The notes beneath the pieces were generated by a model, which was given only the letters and a program-made list of their open reading frames with translations, was not told the DNA's origin and ran no database searches. From Mytilus trossulus (taxonomy: Eukaryota), in NCBI RefSeq assembly GCF_036588685.1, contig NC_086381.1:34534001-34598000 (forward strand): DNA of 64,000 bases, in the 5' to 3' direction. Of the stretch, positions 1 to 12,425 are shown one piece after another (the stretch's first letter is position 1; each line of letters opens with the position of its first letter). A program made the translations under genes and the position numbers.

Positions 1-784
1 CTCACCAGAGACATAACTTGAGACTGTTACCAGTAAATATAAATGTGCATATTGTTAATATTGAAATGAATGGTAACCCTTTATTCGAGGTAGGGGTAAT
101 AAAGAAAATTTGTGTTAGTTTAAACTCTGAGAAAATCAGGTCATATAAAGATTGAAAATATGCCGCACAGCAATATATTTTGATATTTGAAAAAAATTGT
201 AGTGCATATGAACTTTCAATTCTAGGATAATTCAAAACTTCATAGTAAAAGTGGTACAGTTTTAGCCGTAAAAGGAGTTCCTATGGGAAATTGCATTGTC
301 AATATTTACAGAAATGCAACCTACAGTTATCAACAATGTGCAAAACCCATAAGTCATAGAAAGCCATAAAAAAAGCCTTGAAATTACAATTGCAAAACAT
401 GAGAAAACTGATAACTTATTGATGTACAAAACAATATACATACTTTTTGCCAATTTTGGTATAATTCTCTGTTGATTTGAAATCTTCAAAATGACTACAA
501 AATCTCATAAATATCAAAAATGTTTATCAAGTCAAATTTATTTATTGCATGTAAGTCACTTGATCAAAAACAGTAAATTACCATTATTGAAGTAGTTGCA
601 GGTTTAGACTATTTTAACATTATTTTATGTGTCAAATATTTTTATCTCGTAAAACTTATGAATCAATCCAAACCAAACTTAAATCCTAAAGTCCTCAATT
701 GCCTTTCTTTCACTTGACTGACGGGAAAAGCTGTTTATTTAAAAAAGCCAAAAATAAATGTCTCCTTGTGTATTGGATGTTTTT

Positions 785-930
785 ACCAGGGGTTGAAGTC
801 ATAAAACTTTTCTCATTGCTCGGAGCACAAAAATCATGCTCGAAACATGAAATCCAGTTATTTGATTGGTTGATTTTTGAGTCTGGGTACAAAAATCGTG
901 CTCAAAAATTTTATGACCGCAAGCCCTGGT
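785..930. mobile_element. ~146-bp foldback MITE
   Basis: The left end ACCAGGGGTTGAAGTCATAAAACTTT is an imperfect inverted repeat of the right end AAAATTTTATGACCGCAAGCCCTGGT. Internal GAGCAC/GTGCTC symmetry is also present. Confidence 0.55.
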
Positions 931-1109
931 CAGCATTTCAGGAAGTAACTTCCTTGCTGCGCTTTCATTATGAAACTGAAGAGTTTTCTTATTGTCCTGA
1001 GTTTTATCTCTCCATGTCAGAATCAACAGCATAACATAGAAATGCAATTACTGGAAGCGGCATCACCAATTTGTTTATTTTGTGATAAGTGGTTTAAATC
1101 AATTAGATT

Positions 1110-1810
1110 CGACATGCAGTTGTATAAATATTGGCACATCTCATTTTCATGTAGACTAGAAGTCCATGCCCATTGGTCATGGTCTATTGACTTACAAACT
1201 TTTGAATGGTTTATATGTTACAGCTTGTGATGAGGTTAGTTAAAAAAAACCACTAATGATACTTAAGTGATAATTGGTATGCAGTTGTACAAGTGTTTTT
1301 CCAAATCTTTTTCATGGAGATAACTTGGCTCCTTTCTTTCAAGTGTATTGACTATGTAACCTTTGCATAATTTACATTTTTCGATTTGTGATTAGGTCAG
1401 TATAATGACACTATAAAGGGAATCACTAATGATAAGTAAATGATGAATGGTATGCGGTTGCACAAACATTGTTACCAGTGGTGGATCTAGGTGGTTCATT
1501 GGGGGTTTCAACACCCTTTTTTTGGATGATGAATGACAATTTCAGTGGGGACATATGATTAGAATCCCCCATTTATCCTGGTGGACCCCCTTTTTTTTAA
1601 ATTGGCCAGATCCGACACTGTTAACGAGATAACTTGGATCTGTCCCTTCTGTCATGGTTATTGGCTCTGAAACTTTTGTAGAACTTACAAGTTAAAGCGT
1701 TTGTGTTTAGTTAAAATTTTGTATGCAGCTGTAAAAGCATTGACATATCGCTTTTCAATGGAAATTATTTGGCCCTGTTATCTTATTTATAGTCTATTGA
1801 CTTTGAAACA
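1110..1810. repeat. Degenerate ~170-bp tandem array (3-4 units), possibly the internal array of a non-autonomous Helitron/Helentron-type element
   Basis: The motif ATGCAGTTG...CATGGAGATAACTTGG...TATTGACT recurs near 1114, 1279, 1452 and 1723. The third unit is interrupted by the 1476-1620 MITE. Class assignment is inferred. Confidence 0.4.
1476..1620. mobile_element. hAT-like MITE
   Basis: Termini CAGTGGTGGATCT...AGATCCGACACTG form imperfect TIRs with CAG/CTG ends. It interrupts one unit of the surrounding tandem array. No clean TSD. Confidence 0.5.
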
Positions 1811-2084
1811 GCACGGCTAATTCATAGCCCCATTGCTTTCTACCACTACAAGCATTCATAGCTACTTCGTCTCAAGTTGGAATAAATTCGCAATCATTTC
1901 ATTAAACTCAACCTGACTTTTGCTGAAACAAAATCAAAATACCTTTTAAAGGGGCACTAGCTGTCAAATTCATGTTCTCAGATTTGACTCAAATTTTCAT
2001 TTTTGATTTAGATAAACAATATAAAACATTAATCCAAATTATAAAAGTCTAACTGAATAAACAATCTACAGGACATGTGCTCAA

Positions 2085-2395
2085 TGGTTATCAAAGATAC
2101 CAGGATTATAATTTAGTACGCCAGACGTGCGTTTCGTCTACCTTAGACTCATCAGTGGCGCTCATATCAAAATATTTATAAAGCCAAACAAGTACAAAGT
2201 TGAAAAGCATTGAGGATCCAAAATTTCAAAACGTTGTGCCAAATACAGCTAAGGTAATCTATGCCTGGGATAAGAAAATACTTAGTTTTTCAAAAAATTC
2301 AAATTTTTGTAACCAGGAAATTTATAAAAAAAAATGACCACATTATTGATATTTATGTCAACACCGAAGTGTTGATTACTGGGCTGGTGATACCT
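2085..2395 (-). mobile_element. Hammerhead-containing short retroelement (retrozyme / Penelope pseudo-LTR-like), copy 1
   Basis: Homologous, in reverse orientation, to 62468-62787. Contains the hammerhead at 2119-2160. It interrupts a TTAA-AGGGGCACTAGCT MITE that begins at 1950. Confidence 0.75.
2119..2160 (-). ncRNA. Type I hammerhead ribozyme, intact core
   Basis: Minus strand reads CGCCA-CUGAUGA-GUCU(aaggu)AGAC-GAA-AC(gcac)GU-C-UGGCG. This gives a 5-bp stem I, 4-bp stem II, 2-bp stem III, canonical CUGAUGA and GAAA boxes, and a GUC cleavage triplet (cut between 2124 and 2123). Confidence 0.85.
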
Positions 2396-2659
2396 TATAA
2401 TGCGTAGTTTCTTTTCATGTGTGTCTTAATCTTGACGCCATCGTATTAACTGTCGAATTGACTTCCAAAGACCTCTGATTGTCATATATAGAGATATTAA
2501 TAGAAAGCCATGGGACTCGTGCAATTGGATTTTTCTAGGCCTGTTTGATTCCATAAAGATTAAATATGTGTGTTAATTATCGTTTTTACCTGTATAAAAA
2601 TCCTTTTTTGTGGATCGAATCAGTCAATCAAATGATTTGCCTCTGTTTAACTTGCAATA

Positions 2660-5600
2660 TGTTAACATTATTTTTCTTTTAATAACCGAACACGCATAAT
2701 GCATGCGTTATCCATCTCTAGGAAAGGGATCAAAAATGAATTTTAATACTCGAAGTAATGAGATACTGACACAAACAAAACCATCTTCAACATGCACTAT
2801 TCATTATGATTATCTTCCGATACTAATCCTGTTTGAGCGGATAATGAAAAAAAAAGATTAAGCCGGAATTAACATTTAAATGTCAGAGAAAAATATAACA
2901 AGCTTGAAAGTCAAGTTAATTAAATGTTGAAGTATATTTGCATAGCGGTATCAGAGAATATCAGGTTAATAATGTCAATTCGCCATATAAATATATTCCG
3001 ACGCTAGTTACTACTTTGTCTTGCAAATGATCTTTAAATTGACGTTTTATTTTGTTGTCAAAAAAGCTTATATTCAATTTTCTCTTTTTTAACTGAGCTT
3101 ATGTAGCCCCATAAGATTTATACACGATTTTAAAGTCAACTTATTTATATATAATATACTAAAGATGAAGTAATAAAATTGATTTATGACTGCAACAAAA
3201 ACAAATACGAGATTATATAGAGGTAATACAGAGACGATAGCTTTATTTTGGCATTCATCATAAGCCAAAAGAGCAAGTAATAAATCACTTGTTTCCAAAA
3301 AAAAAAAAAGAACTAACTAAATAAATTATACACAAGTTACTATCATTTCATGGACCTCATTAATATGGGATTGTAATTTATTTATATAGTATTCCAACAA
3401 TAACATTCCCTGTCGCTTTCATCTTCTTAAATTTGTAGGTGGTATGAGCTTATAAAAGTGGCTGCCAGCTTAAGTCTGATGTATGAGTAGGGTTTATTTG
3501 AATTCGTCTTCAAGCCGCAAAATATTTTATATACATATACCCATGGATTGTTTGAGACAACCAAGGTCATAAAATAGATACAATAACCACATACAGTTAC
3601 AAGCGTAAAATCAGACAGGGACTCACCCCCTTATACATATAATACAAAGCTAAAATTACAATCATTTATTTGTCAAAATATGGCATACTTACTCTTAATT
3701 TTCAGGGCTATCCCCCCTCCTACACACATAAAATCATAAGCCTACGCATGAAACCTGTAAGCGGTCTAAACTCAAGGCTATCCCCTCCTACACACACATA
3801 AAATCATAAGCCTACGCATGAAACCTGTAAGCGGTCTAAACTCAAGGCTATCCCCTCCTACACACACTTAAAATCATAAGCCTACGCATGAAACCTGTAA
3901 GCGGTCTAACCTGAACCATACTTTTTGACAGATTTTAAAACACCATCAACATGCAAAATAGTTAGCAATGGTACCAAAACAAACTCGTAAAGATCGTTTT
4001 TTGACACATAACCCACACTGCCTTATATTATTTTCTGAAAATAGGTTTCGCCTGACATATCTAGAAAATTTCATTTTGTAAGATTGTTTAAAAGGAATCT
4101 TGCGGAACGTTATGAAAAACAAGCAGCCACAGATTGAAGAAAGAACTATTCATCCTATTCTATAATAATAAATCTACCAGTTTATGGAGGAAAGAACATA
4201 TTTATGATGTATTGAAATGTCAGCCCAGGCTATACATGTAGGTGTCTATAATGATATTACAAGATCATGTAACTTTTGATTTAAAGTTCTTCTCGAAAAA
4301 AATCGATAAATTTATTTTTGGAAAGATAAATAATATAGTTACAGACTTTATCAGGAACATACTAAAAATGTCTGAATATTCGGCACTGATCGAACCATTT
4401 GACAAATTGATTTGTGTTCGAATAAACTTTAGATAACGAACTTAAACATGCTGGTAGTTTGGAATAAAGCGATGTTAAGTGCATGTTTTAAAGTAAACTA
4501 CGAATAATTTGTATCTAGCACTGAGGGCACAACTTACGTTTGTTAGGCAGATCTATATTATGTTCTATAGTTAATGTTTGTAAGCAATGTTGGATTTGAA
4601 AAAAAACCTGAAATTTTGAAAATGAGCATTAGTTGTTAAATGCATTTTCATTAATTTGACTCAAATTCTCTTATTTGATAAACAACATACTAAGACGTAT
4701 ATTCAAATGGCAAAAAAAATATAAAATGAACTATTTATGATGCATGGACTCGATAAATGTATTAACATGGCGTGTTTATGGTCTAGGCGCCATCTAACTA
4801 ACCACCGATATGCCATCTGTAGACTGGTAGCTAACGTACAACCCGATATAAACATAAACATAGATATAAATTCGGAGCGAACTCATGGAATTTGATTTTG
4901 TTCAGGTATGTTAGATTTCATACTAAAGGTTTGAAAAAAAAATATGTTAATAATCGTTTTTACCTGTATAAGAATGAGTGTTTGCTTTAATACTAATGTT
5001 GGCATTCTTTTCTTTTCAAGAGATAAAACACCTATTTAACGCGTAACCCATCTTTAGCTGAAATGTTCAATCTAAGTTGACATGAATACGGATTTAATGA
5101 AGACGAATTAATTACTTGCAAGTGATTAATTCATTAGTGATGTTTTCTTTGCTTATTTTGACAAAACCAAACAAAAGAGACTGCGAAAGTTAATTTTAAA
5201 TTCACAATTTCACTTTCACTAATGATTGAATAAAAGAAAATCATATTTTAATTTTTCTTGTCCATTTTATTGCATATATAAATATAGTTTTTTTCAATTC
5301 CGTAACTAATAAGTGTAAGGTAAGACACATGTCATGCATCCAGTTTAATCAGTACCCATTTTAAAGAAAGACGATTTTCATTTTACCAAATTTAAAATAT
5401 TCTAAAGGATAATGTGCGAGACCAGAGATTTTTCTTTAAAAAAAAGCTTTTAAAAAATATGAAAATTCGTTTAAGGCTGATATTGGTGACATAAGTTAAT
5501 TTTCTAATCTCATAATCAAAGTATTGATAAACTTTGTACAAAAGCCACTTTCTGAATAAATTTGCATGTCTAATATTTTATCACGATCAGAAACAAAATA

Positions 5601-5900
5601 ATGTAACGATTTACTGATTGATAAGTTGGCAAATGATAATAGATTAATACATAAAAGATGATCTGCACACCTAGAAGATGAAGTGGTCAAATTGAGAAAA
5701 TGTATATCTTTTTCCTTTCGAAACTAATACCTGAATATATATATGAAATTAAATTAAAAATACTAAGCTTAAGCACAATTTTTATTTTTTCTACAATTTA
5801 TTTATAGATATACGTCATTTTTACAGACTCTATCAATAACATATTCATGATACAGTATACATAACAACAGAAATTTCTGAATAATCCAAATTTCTATCCA
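2660..5900 (+). repeat. Segmental duplication block A, copy 1
   Basis: Colinear diverged matches to ~9400-12960, 13400-15420, 22240-23620 and 56640-60300. Examples: AAAAGTGGCTGCCAGCTT at ~3454 and ~10891; GGCACTG(A/G)TCGAACCATTTGA at ~4383, ~13726 and ~22580. Confidence 0.8.
3706..3909 (+). repeat. Three-copy tandem repeat, 70-bp period
   Basis: The unit GGCTATCCCC(C)TCCTACACAC...GCGGTCTAAACTCAA starts at 3706, 3776 and 3846. The copies are nearly identical. The paralog at ~11105-11170 has a single unit. Confidence 0.95.
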
Positions 5901-6896
5901 TTTGATAAATGGATATGTCTTCAAATGAAGCTAATTTTACAAAGGTCTCCTAGTTTCGCTTACTAGCTTTTTTTTGTAGCATAGTCATCCACGCAGCCCA
6001 AGTCACAAACAAAACAAACTGCAGCTTTTTGTTTGGTCAGATAATTTTTAGTCCAGATTGGCAAAAATGATGGCTATGACTTCTGTATCCCGAGATATGT
6101 AGTGATTATTGTTGATACATTATGGAATATGAAGGATAATATAGAGAGATCAAGAGAAATAGAACAATACGGATATGGTAAATACCAATCGTAAAATGAA
6201 ATGTCTTCTATAAATTCTAAATAACACTTATATTGTGAATGAAATATTGATTCAAGTCCTGTAGCATGAAATTGCAGTTTATAAGTCAGCTGCAGCTAAA
6301 GTCTGTATAAGTATTAAGCAGATGAACGCAAAGGTTTACGAAAGAGTATAGTGAATATGACATGTTCATTAGAATTGACATACAAGATATAACAGATCCG
6401 GCAAGGTAAAAAAGTATCTATAACACTAACCATTATCTATATCAAATGTTTGTGTGTGTTAGAAAAATGCTCATCTTATTTTTGATACGCAGACGGCTAA
6501 ATCAATTTTAATGTTGTGTTTTTGTTGTGTCGTAGTTCTCTTCTTATATTTGATGTGTTTCATTCAGTTTTAGTTTGTTACCCGGATGATTTTTTTTGCT
6601 CAATCGATTATGAATTTCGAACAGCAGTATTCTACTGTTGCCTTTATCTATGTATTTTCTAACCATTACACCAATATTGATATTGACTTGTCTTATTGTT
6701 GATGTATATTTTGTTGGACTTTCGTCTAAATCATAACAATGTAAAACAAAATATCTTGTGCATACTAGTATATCTATTGTTGCTTTAATGTACAATGTCC
6801 AATTAAAAGAATCTGAGTAATTGCATTCCCAAGACGAATATATCCCTTACCATTTGTATCAGTTCATTTTCAGATTTAATGATACTATATAGATAA

Positions 6897-7212
6897 AGGA
6901 AGATGTGATATGAGTGTCAATGAGACAACTCTCCATTCAAATAACAATTTATGAAAGTAAACCATTATAGATCAAGGTACGACCTTCAACACGGAGCCTT
7001 GGCTCACACAGAACAAGAAGTAATAAATGGCCCCCAAAATTAGTAATGTAAAACCAATAAAACTGGAAAACCAACGATCTAATCTATATAAAAACGAGAA
7101 ACAAGAAACACGTATGAACTACATAAACAAACGACAACAACTGTGCATCAGATGCCTGACTTTAATAGGACAGGTGCAAACATTTGCAGCGGTATTAAAC
7201 GTTTTAATGGAA
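6897..7212 (+). repeat. Short interspersed repeat, GAAGATGTGGTATG...CAATGAGACAACT family
   Basis: Related copies lie at 56085-56350 (+), ~45190-45500 (-), ~47860-47950 (-) and ~18810-19030 (-). Confidence 0.7.
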
Positions 7213-7882
7213 CCAAACCGTCTCCCTTTTATATTTTTATATTAATTTTGTATCAATGTCTCAATATTTCTGTATATTATTACACTGTTTGTTCATCACA
7301 CGCATCATTTAATCATGTAATCTATGACTAGTCATTCATTATGTTTTTATAATGCGGAATATATTTTTTATCTAAGGATTTTTCTTTTGCAACTCAGATA
7401 ATAAAAAAAAATTAATGTCATGTCTGTCATATTGTTTTTGTTAAGTTTTTTTGTTATGAATTACGCCGTTAGTTTTCTCAATGGAATTGTTTCATATTTT
7501 TTATGTTGGGGTCTTTTATAGCTGACTGTACGGTTTAGGAACTTTTCATAGTTGAGGGCAACCATATCTCATTGAACTATTTTTAACCTAAAGAGAAAAG
7601 TTAAGGTGATTTAAGAATGGTTTGTTTCCTTTTTTACTTGTTTGATAGCACCTAAAAATAAAACGGTTGAGAAGATACATTGAATGTACAATTAAATATC
7701 ACTTAAAGAAACATACAAGAACTCTTTCCGAAATTCAACTTTTGTTTTTGCTTCCATTAATTTCTAGGAAAAGATGCATATTGATTTAAATTGTAATTAT
7801 TTTGTATGTTAAGGTTTCAAGTTACAGTTTAATTACATATGAAATGGAATTACGCGCAAAAAAATTGTATAAAATAAGTCGA

Positions 7883-8015
7883 ATGTCTCTAATTCGTAAC
7901 TTCCTACTGCGTTTCTATCCCAGTTTTGTCGAGGATGAAAATCTTCTATCAGTAATGGTGTTATATTTGTAATGACAAATTGGACAAATATTTGCAGCTT
8001 GCAAGAAAGGTAAAG
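7883..8015 (+). pseudogene. Putative decayed first coding exon (signal peptide region) of the C1q-domain gene
   Basis: ATG at 7883 follows a TATAAAA-like motif. Mosaic frames give MSLIRNFLL/AFLSQFCRG*KSSISNGVIF/QIFAACKK. Phase-1 GT donors at 8010 or 8016 match the phase-1 acceptor at 8821. Frameshifts and stops are present. Confidence 0.4.
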
Positions 8016-8821
8016 GTAATCGATTAAGGATATCTCTTTAATGAAGTAGTTGATGTATGTTAAGAACTACTGAAAGCTGTGTGGTCTGTTATGTTTCTAT
8101 TGCTTATTGAAAACATTTCATATTTTCACTTTGTTCGTAAGACTGTGTTGAAGATCTGTACATTGTAAGAATGCTAATTACACAAAATATCATACTCCCT
8201 GACATCTGAGCTAAAAGTTTTCGTCGACTTCAAAGAAGAGTCTTACCAAGATTTAGAGGACCCCTAATTGTTTATCCCCCACTTTCAATATGAGTAAGAT
8301 CATCTATTTAATTGAACCTTCATGTTGTATCCATGTCGCATTATTGCTGTGTATTATTTTGTTCATCAATGAATCTTTTTGTCAGCTTACAAGACTAGTA
8401 TCTACGTTTGCGAATTTATTCAGCAGATAAAAAGAACATTTTTTAAATATGTTATTATGATGCAAATATGTGTAACATTTAATGTCATGTTTTAGATAAT
8501 GATTTATCTGAAGACCTGCTGAACCTGTTATGTCGATCACGAAAACACTCAACTCAAATTGAAGGTTTGTAAAATTTTGTTGGATTTTATTTTGTATGTA
8601 GATATAAGAAGATATTTTACATAAAATTAAGAATGGAAATGTATACATGTATATCATTTCTTTTGATTTTCAAAGCATTCAAGTTTTATATTTCATTACA
8701 CCGAATAAAAAATATTCAAAGCAGACTTTTTCTAAAAATGATTTTTACTAGTTTAAGGACCTTTTTTTATTTACTATGATTTAAATAAGTGCAATTCATT
8801 TTTGTTTTAATTTACTCTTAG

Positions 8822-9216
8822 GATTTACAAGGAAAACCCTTCCTGCATTTACTGCATCGCTGACAGCAACAAAAGCACTTGGAGCAAGAGAATTTATAAA
8901 GTTTGACAAAGTCTGGCTGAACACGGGGGATATTTATAGTCCATCAACAGGCGTGTTCACAGTACCAATGGATGGTCTATATTTGGTGTCAAGTTCTTTG
9001 ATGTCTGTTAAAGGAAAACATCTACACTGTCACATGTGGAGGAACGGTCAGTCCAATGTCGGAGCGTTTGGTACAGGGTGGTCTCAAGGGACTCTAAATG
9101 CTGTTATGGACTTGAAGAAAGGTGACACACTGTCAATACGTCACCACAATTCCAGTGGTGAGGATGTTTAAGGTGGACACTGGTCAATGTTCTTGGCGTA
9201 CCTCATATCTGAATGA
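8822..9216 (+). pseudogene. C1q-domain-containing (C1qDC) gene, terminal exon with premature stop
   Basis: A polypyrimidine tract and AG lie at 8820-8821. Translation: GFTRKTLPAFTASL...IKFDKVWLNTGDIYSPSTGVFTVPMDGLYLVS...LKKGDTLSIR...EDV*GGHWSMFLAYLISE*. This contains the gC1q motifs AFTA, FDKVxxN, YxxxTGxFTxPxxGLY and LxxGD. In-frame TAA at 9169-9171; the natural TGA is at 9214-9216. Confidence 0.92.
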
Positions 9217-9223
9217 AAGAAAT

Positions 9224-9229
9224 AATAAA
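9224..9229 (+). promoter_or_regulatory. Candidate polyadenylation signal of the C1qDC gene
   Basis: AATAAA immediately downstream of the natural stop codon. Confidence 0.45.
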
Positions 9230-9822
9230 AGTTGAACAATGCCTTTTTATATTTTGTCATTATTCTTGGCATGGTTGTCATATAAGGGCATACATTCATA
9301 TAAAGATGTTTTTTTAATAGTATACAGATTAGCTAGTTGTAATAAAAACAAATGTTTTTGTTGATTCAAATTATTTACCTTTGTTTAACTTTAAATGATG
9401 GCATTATTTTCTTTTTAATAATTAAACACGCATAATGCATCCGCCAAGTGGTCAACATGTTTTTTTTTATCCTCGAAGAAACGAAGATACCGACAAAACC
9501 AAATTAAAACTATCTTCAACATGCACTATCCGTTATGATTATCTTTCGATACTAATCCTATTATTTGAGAGGATAATGAAAAGAAGGTTAAGCTGGACTT
9601 AACATTTAAATGTCAAAGAAAAATATAACAAGCCTGAAAGTCAAATAAATAATATGTTAAAAAAAATCGTTCGAAGCTAATTACTAGTTTGTCTTGCAAA
9701 TGATCTTTAAATTGATGTTTTACTATATTGTTTAAAAATCTTTCATTCAATTTTCTCTTATTTTAACTGAGCTGATATAGCCCATAAGATAAACACAGGA
9801 CTTTAAAGTCATCTTGTATATA

Positions 9823-10593
9823 TGTTCCAGGCCATATGAGTATTTGGACCGTACGCGTACGGCCCGGACCGTATGCGTATACTCGTACGGTCCGACCATA
9901 CGCGTACGGTCGGACCGCATGAGTATACGCGTATGGTCCAGTACGAACTGACCATACATGTTATTTGATCATATGGGTTAAACTAAAACAAGCGTTTATT
10001 AAAATCTTTTTTTATTAGTTTTACAAATTGTTATTGATAATTTATTACAATTAGATAGATAAAATGAACAAACGAACAATTGAAATTAATTATTTGTTTA
10101 ATTGTATATCTGAATCCTATTTTGGTACTCTCGTCCAAGGTGAAACAATTCAAGTAACGTAATATTTTTCACATTTCCATGTATACTGTTATGCATGTTC
10201 CTTTGCATTTGCATGTTTTGGTAAAGTTGCTAAATATGCTAAAACAAATGTCCCCCACATTATGTTTACTTCAGATATCTTCAATTTCAGTTATCATAGT
10301 TCAATTAATGTACTACTGATCGACAAGAGATTACCAGATTTAATTAGCGTGACGTTTAAACAAAAGTTAAAATATAAAGTTTTTGTTTCTATTGCAATTG
10401 AACTTTTTTATATTAATTTGATAGTTAAGTTATGTTGATCTAACTATATGCATTTGTATCTAATAAACCTTTACCAACTTTTTAATATTAGTCAGACCGT
10501 ACGCGTACGGTCCGACCGTATGAGTATTTTGAAAAGTACGCATACGGTCCAGACCGTACGCGTACGGTCCAAATACTCATACGGTCTGGAACA
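9823..10593. mobile_element. 771-bp TIR element inserted in a (TA)n tract, with subterminal palindromes
   Basis: ~40-bp TIRs: TGTTCCAGGCCATATGAGTATTTGGACCGTACGCGTACGG / CCGTACGCGTACGGTCCAAATACTCATACGGTCTGGAACA. TATATA flanks both sides. The empty site is visible in the paralog at ~3140-3165. Confidence 0.9.
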
Positions 10594-11730
10594 TATATAC
10601 ATAATAAAGATGAAGTAATAAAATCGATGTATGCCTGCAACAAAGGTAATACGAGTTTATATAGAGGTAATGCAGAGATGATAGCTTTATTTTGGCATTT
10701 ATCATAAGCCAAAAGAGCAAGTAATCAATCACATGTTAACAAAAAAAGAACTATCTATATACAGTATTCACAAGTTATTATCATTTCATGGACCTAATTT
10801 ATCTGGGATTGGAATTATTCACCTAGTATTCCAACAATAACATTTCCATGTCTCTTTCCTCTTTTTGATGTTTGGGTGGTATGATCTTATAAAAGTGGCT
10901 GCCAGCTTTAGTCTGATATAAGAGCAGGGTATATATATATATATGTCTTTAAGCCGCAAAATAAAACCCAAGGTCATAAAATAGATAGAATAACCACATA
11001 AAGTTACAGACGTAACATCTGACACCCCTTAATAAATAGAATTAATATCTAAAATTACAAACCTTTTTTTGTCAAAATAAGATCTCCTTACTCTTAATTT
11101 TCACGGATATCCCCCTCTTACACACACATTAAATTATAAGCCCACGCATGAAAATTGTTAGCGGTCAAACCTGAACCCTACTTTTTGGCAGTTTTAAAAA
11201 AAAATACCAACATGCAAAAACTATTTAATCAATAAAATTGAGAAAGGAAATGGTGAATATGTCAAAACGACAACCACCCGACCATAGATCAAACAACAGC
11301 CGAAGGCAACCAATTGGTCTTCAATGTAGCGAGAATTCCCGCACCCGTAGGTGTCCTTCAGCTGGCCCCTAAAATATGCATAATACACGGAAACAAAATG
11401 AACCTGACATCAAAACTAAATAAGCCTATCAACTAAAACATAAATTATGTCCATTTCAAATCAGTCGAGTTTTCAAAATAAGTGAAAGGCAATTATTATA
11501 AAGATCGTGTTTTGACAAATACCCCACACTGCCTTTTATTATTTTCTGAAAAAAGGTTTAGCTTGGCATATCTAAAAAAATCACATTTCGAAAGATTCGT
11601 TATATATGGAATCTTGTGTGATGTTATAAAGAAGCCATAGATTGAAGGAAGAAGTATATCCTATTCTATAAAAAAATATTATATGGTTAATGTCCTCTGA
11701 AGATCATTATATATATATGATCAATTATAT

Positions 11731-12099
11731 ACTTAAGAATTGAATGCTTCTTTTTGTAAATTCATTGGTGGTGTAAAAGCGTTGACCGAAGTACATTTTG
11801 TATGAAACGCGGAAGCGCTTCATTCTAAAAATGTGCGCACGGCCAACGCTTTTACAACCCTATGACGTTACAAAAAGAAGCATTCAATACATAATTACAT
11901 TTTTTTAAGCTCTGATCATGAAAACACGAATGTTATAACTTTTTTATTCAATTCACCTGTGCACTTTATTGGGACCACGTGTTTAACAGTTATCATGAAT
12001 GAAAAGTTTTATTGACTGATGCAATTGCTTGACGAATAACATGTGTTGTGCAGTTAGCCAATCAAAATAAAGTATTATAATGAAACATACATCTAATGT
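11731..12099. mobile_element. ~370-bp insertion with a ~150-bp hairpin at one end
   Basis: ATTGAATGCTTCTTTTTGTAA...TGTAAAAGCGTTG pairs with CAACGCTTTTACA...TTACAAAAAGAAGCATTCAAT (11739-11888). AATTATAT flanks both sides. It is absent from the paralog at ~13925. Confidence 0.75.
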
Positions 12100-12425
12100 A
12101 ATTATATTAATATACAACTTAATTTGTGTTCGAATAAAGTTAAAAGGGCAACATGTCTCCTAGTTTCATTTTTTGTAGCATTTTCGATAATGAAGCCCAA
12201 GTTATATATGCATGTGATGTGTCTTTGGGCTTATATTTATATTTGAACGATGAACGAGAACATGCTGTTGGTCTGGTTTAAAGCTTTTTTAAAATAAATA
12301 AATTCACTACAAATTTGAAGAGCATTGATGAGACAAAATCCAAGTTTGGAAAGCAGATTTAAATCATATTCTATTATAAATGATTGTAAGTAAAATTGGA
12401 CAAGAAATGGACCCTATCATTTTAA

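Noticed and set aside
970-1230. ORF with a signal-peptide-like start (MKLKSFLIVLSF)
   Set aside because: It runs straight into a tandem repeat, with no domain or splice support.
3706-3909. Regularly spaced repeats as a CRISPR array
   Set aside because: The units are contiguous with no unique spacers, the context is eukaryotic, and there are no cas genes.
9747-10712. Minus-strand ORFs with RTVRVRS-like repeats
   Set aside because: They are by-products of the palindromic subterminal repeats of the TIR element.
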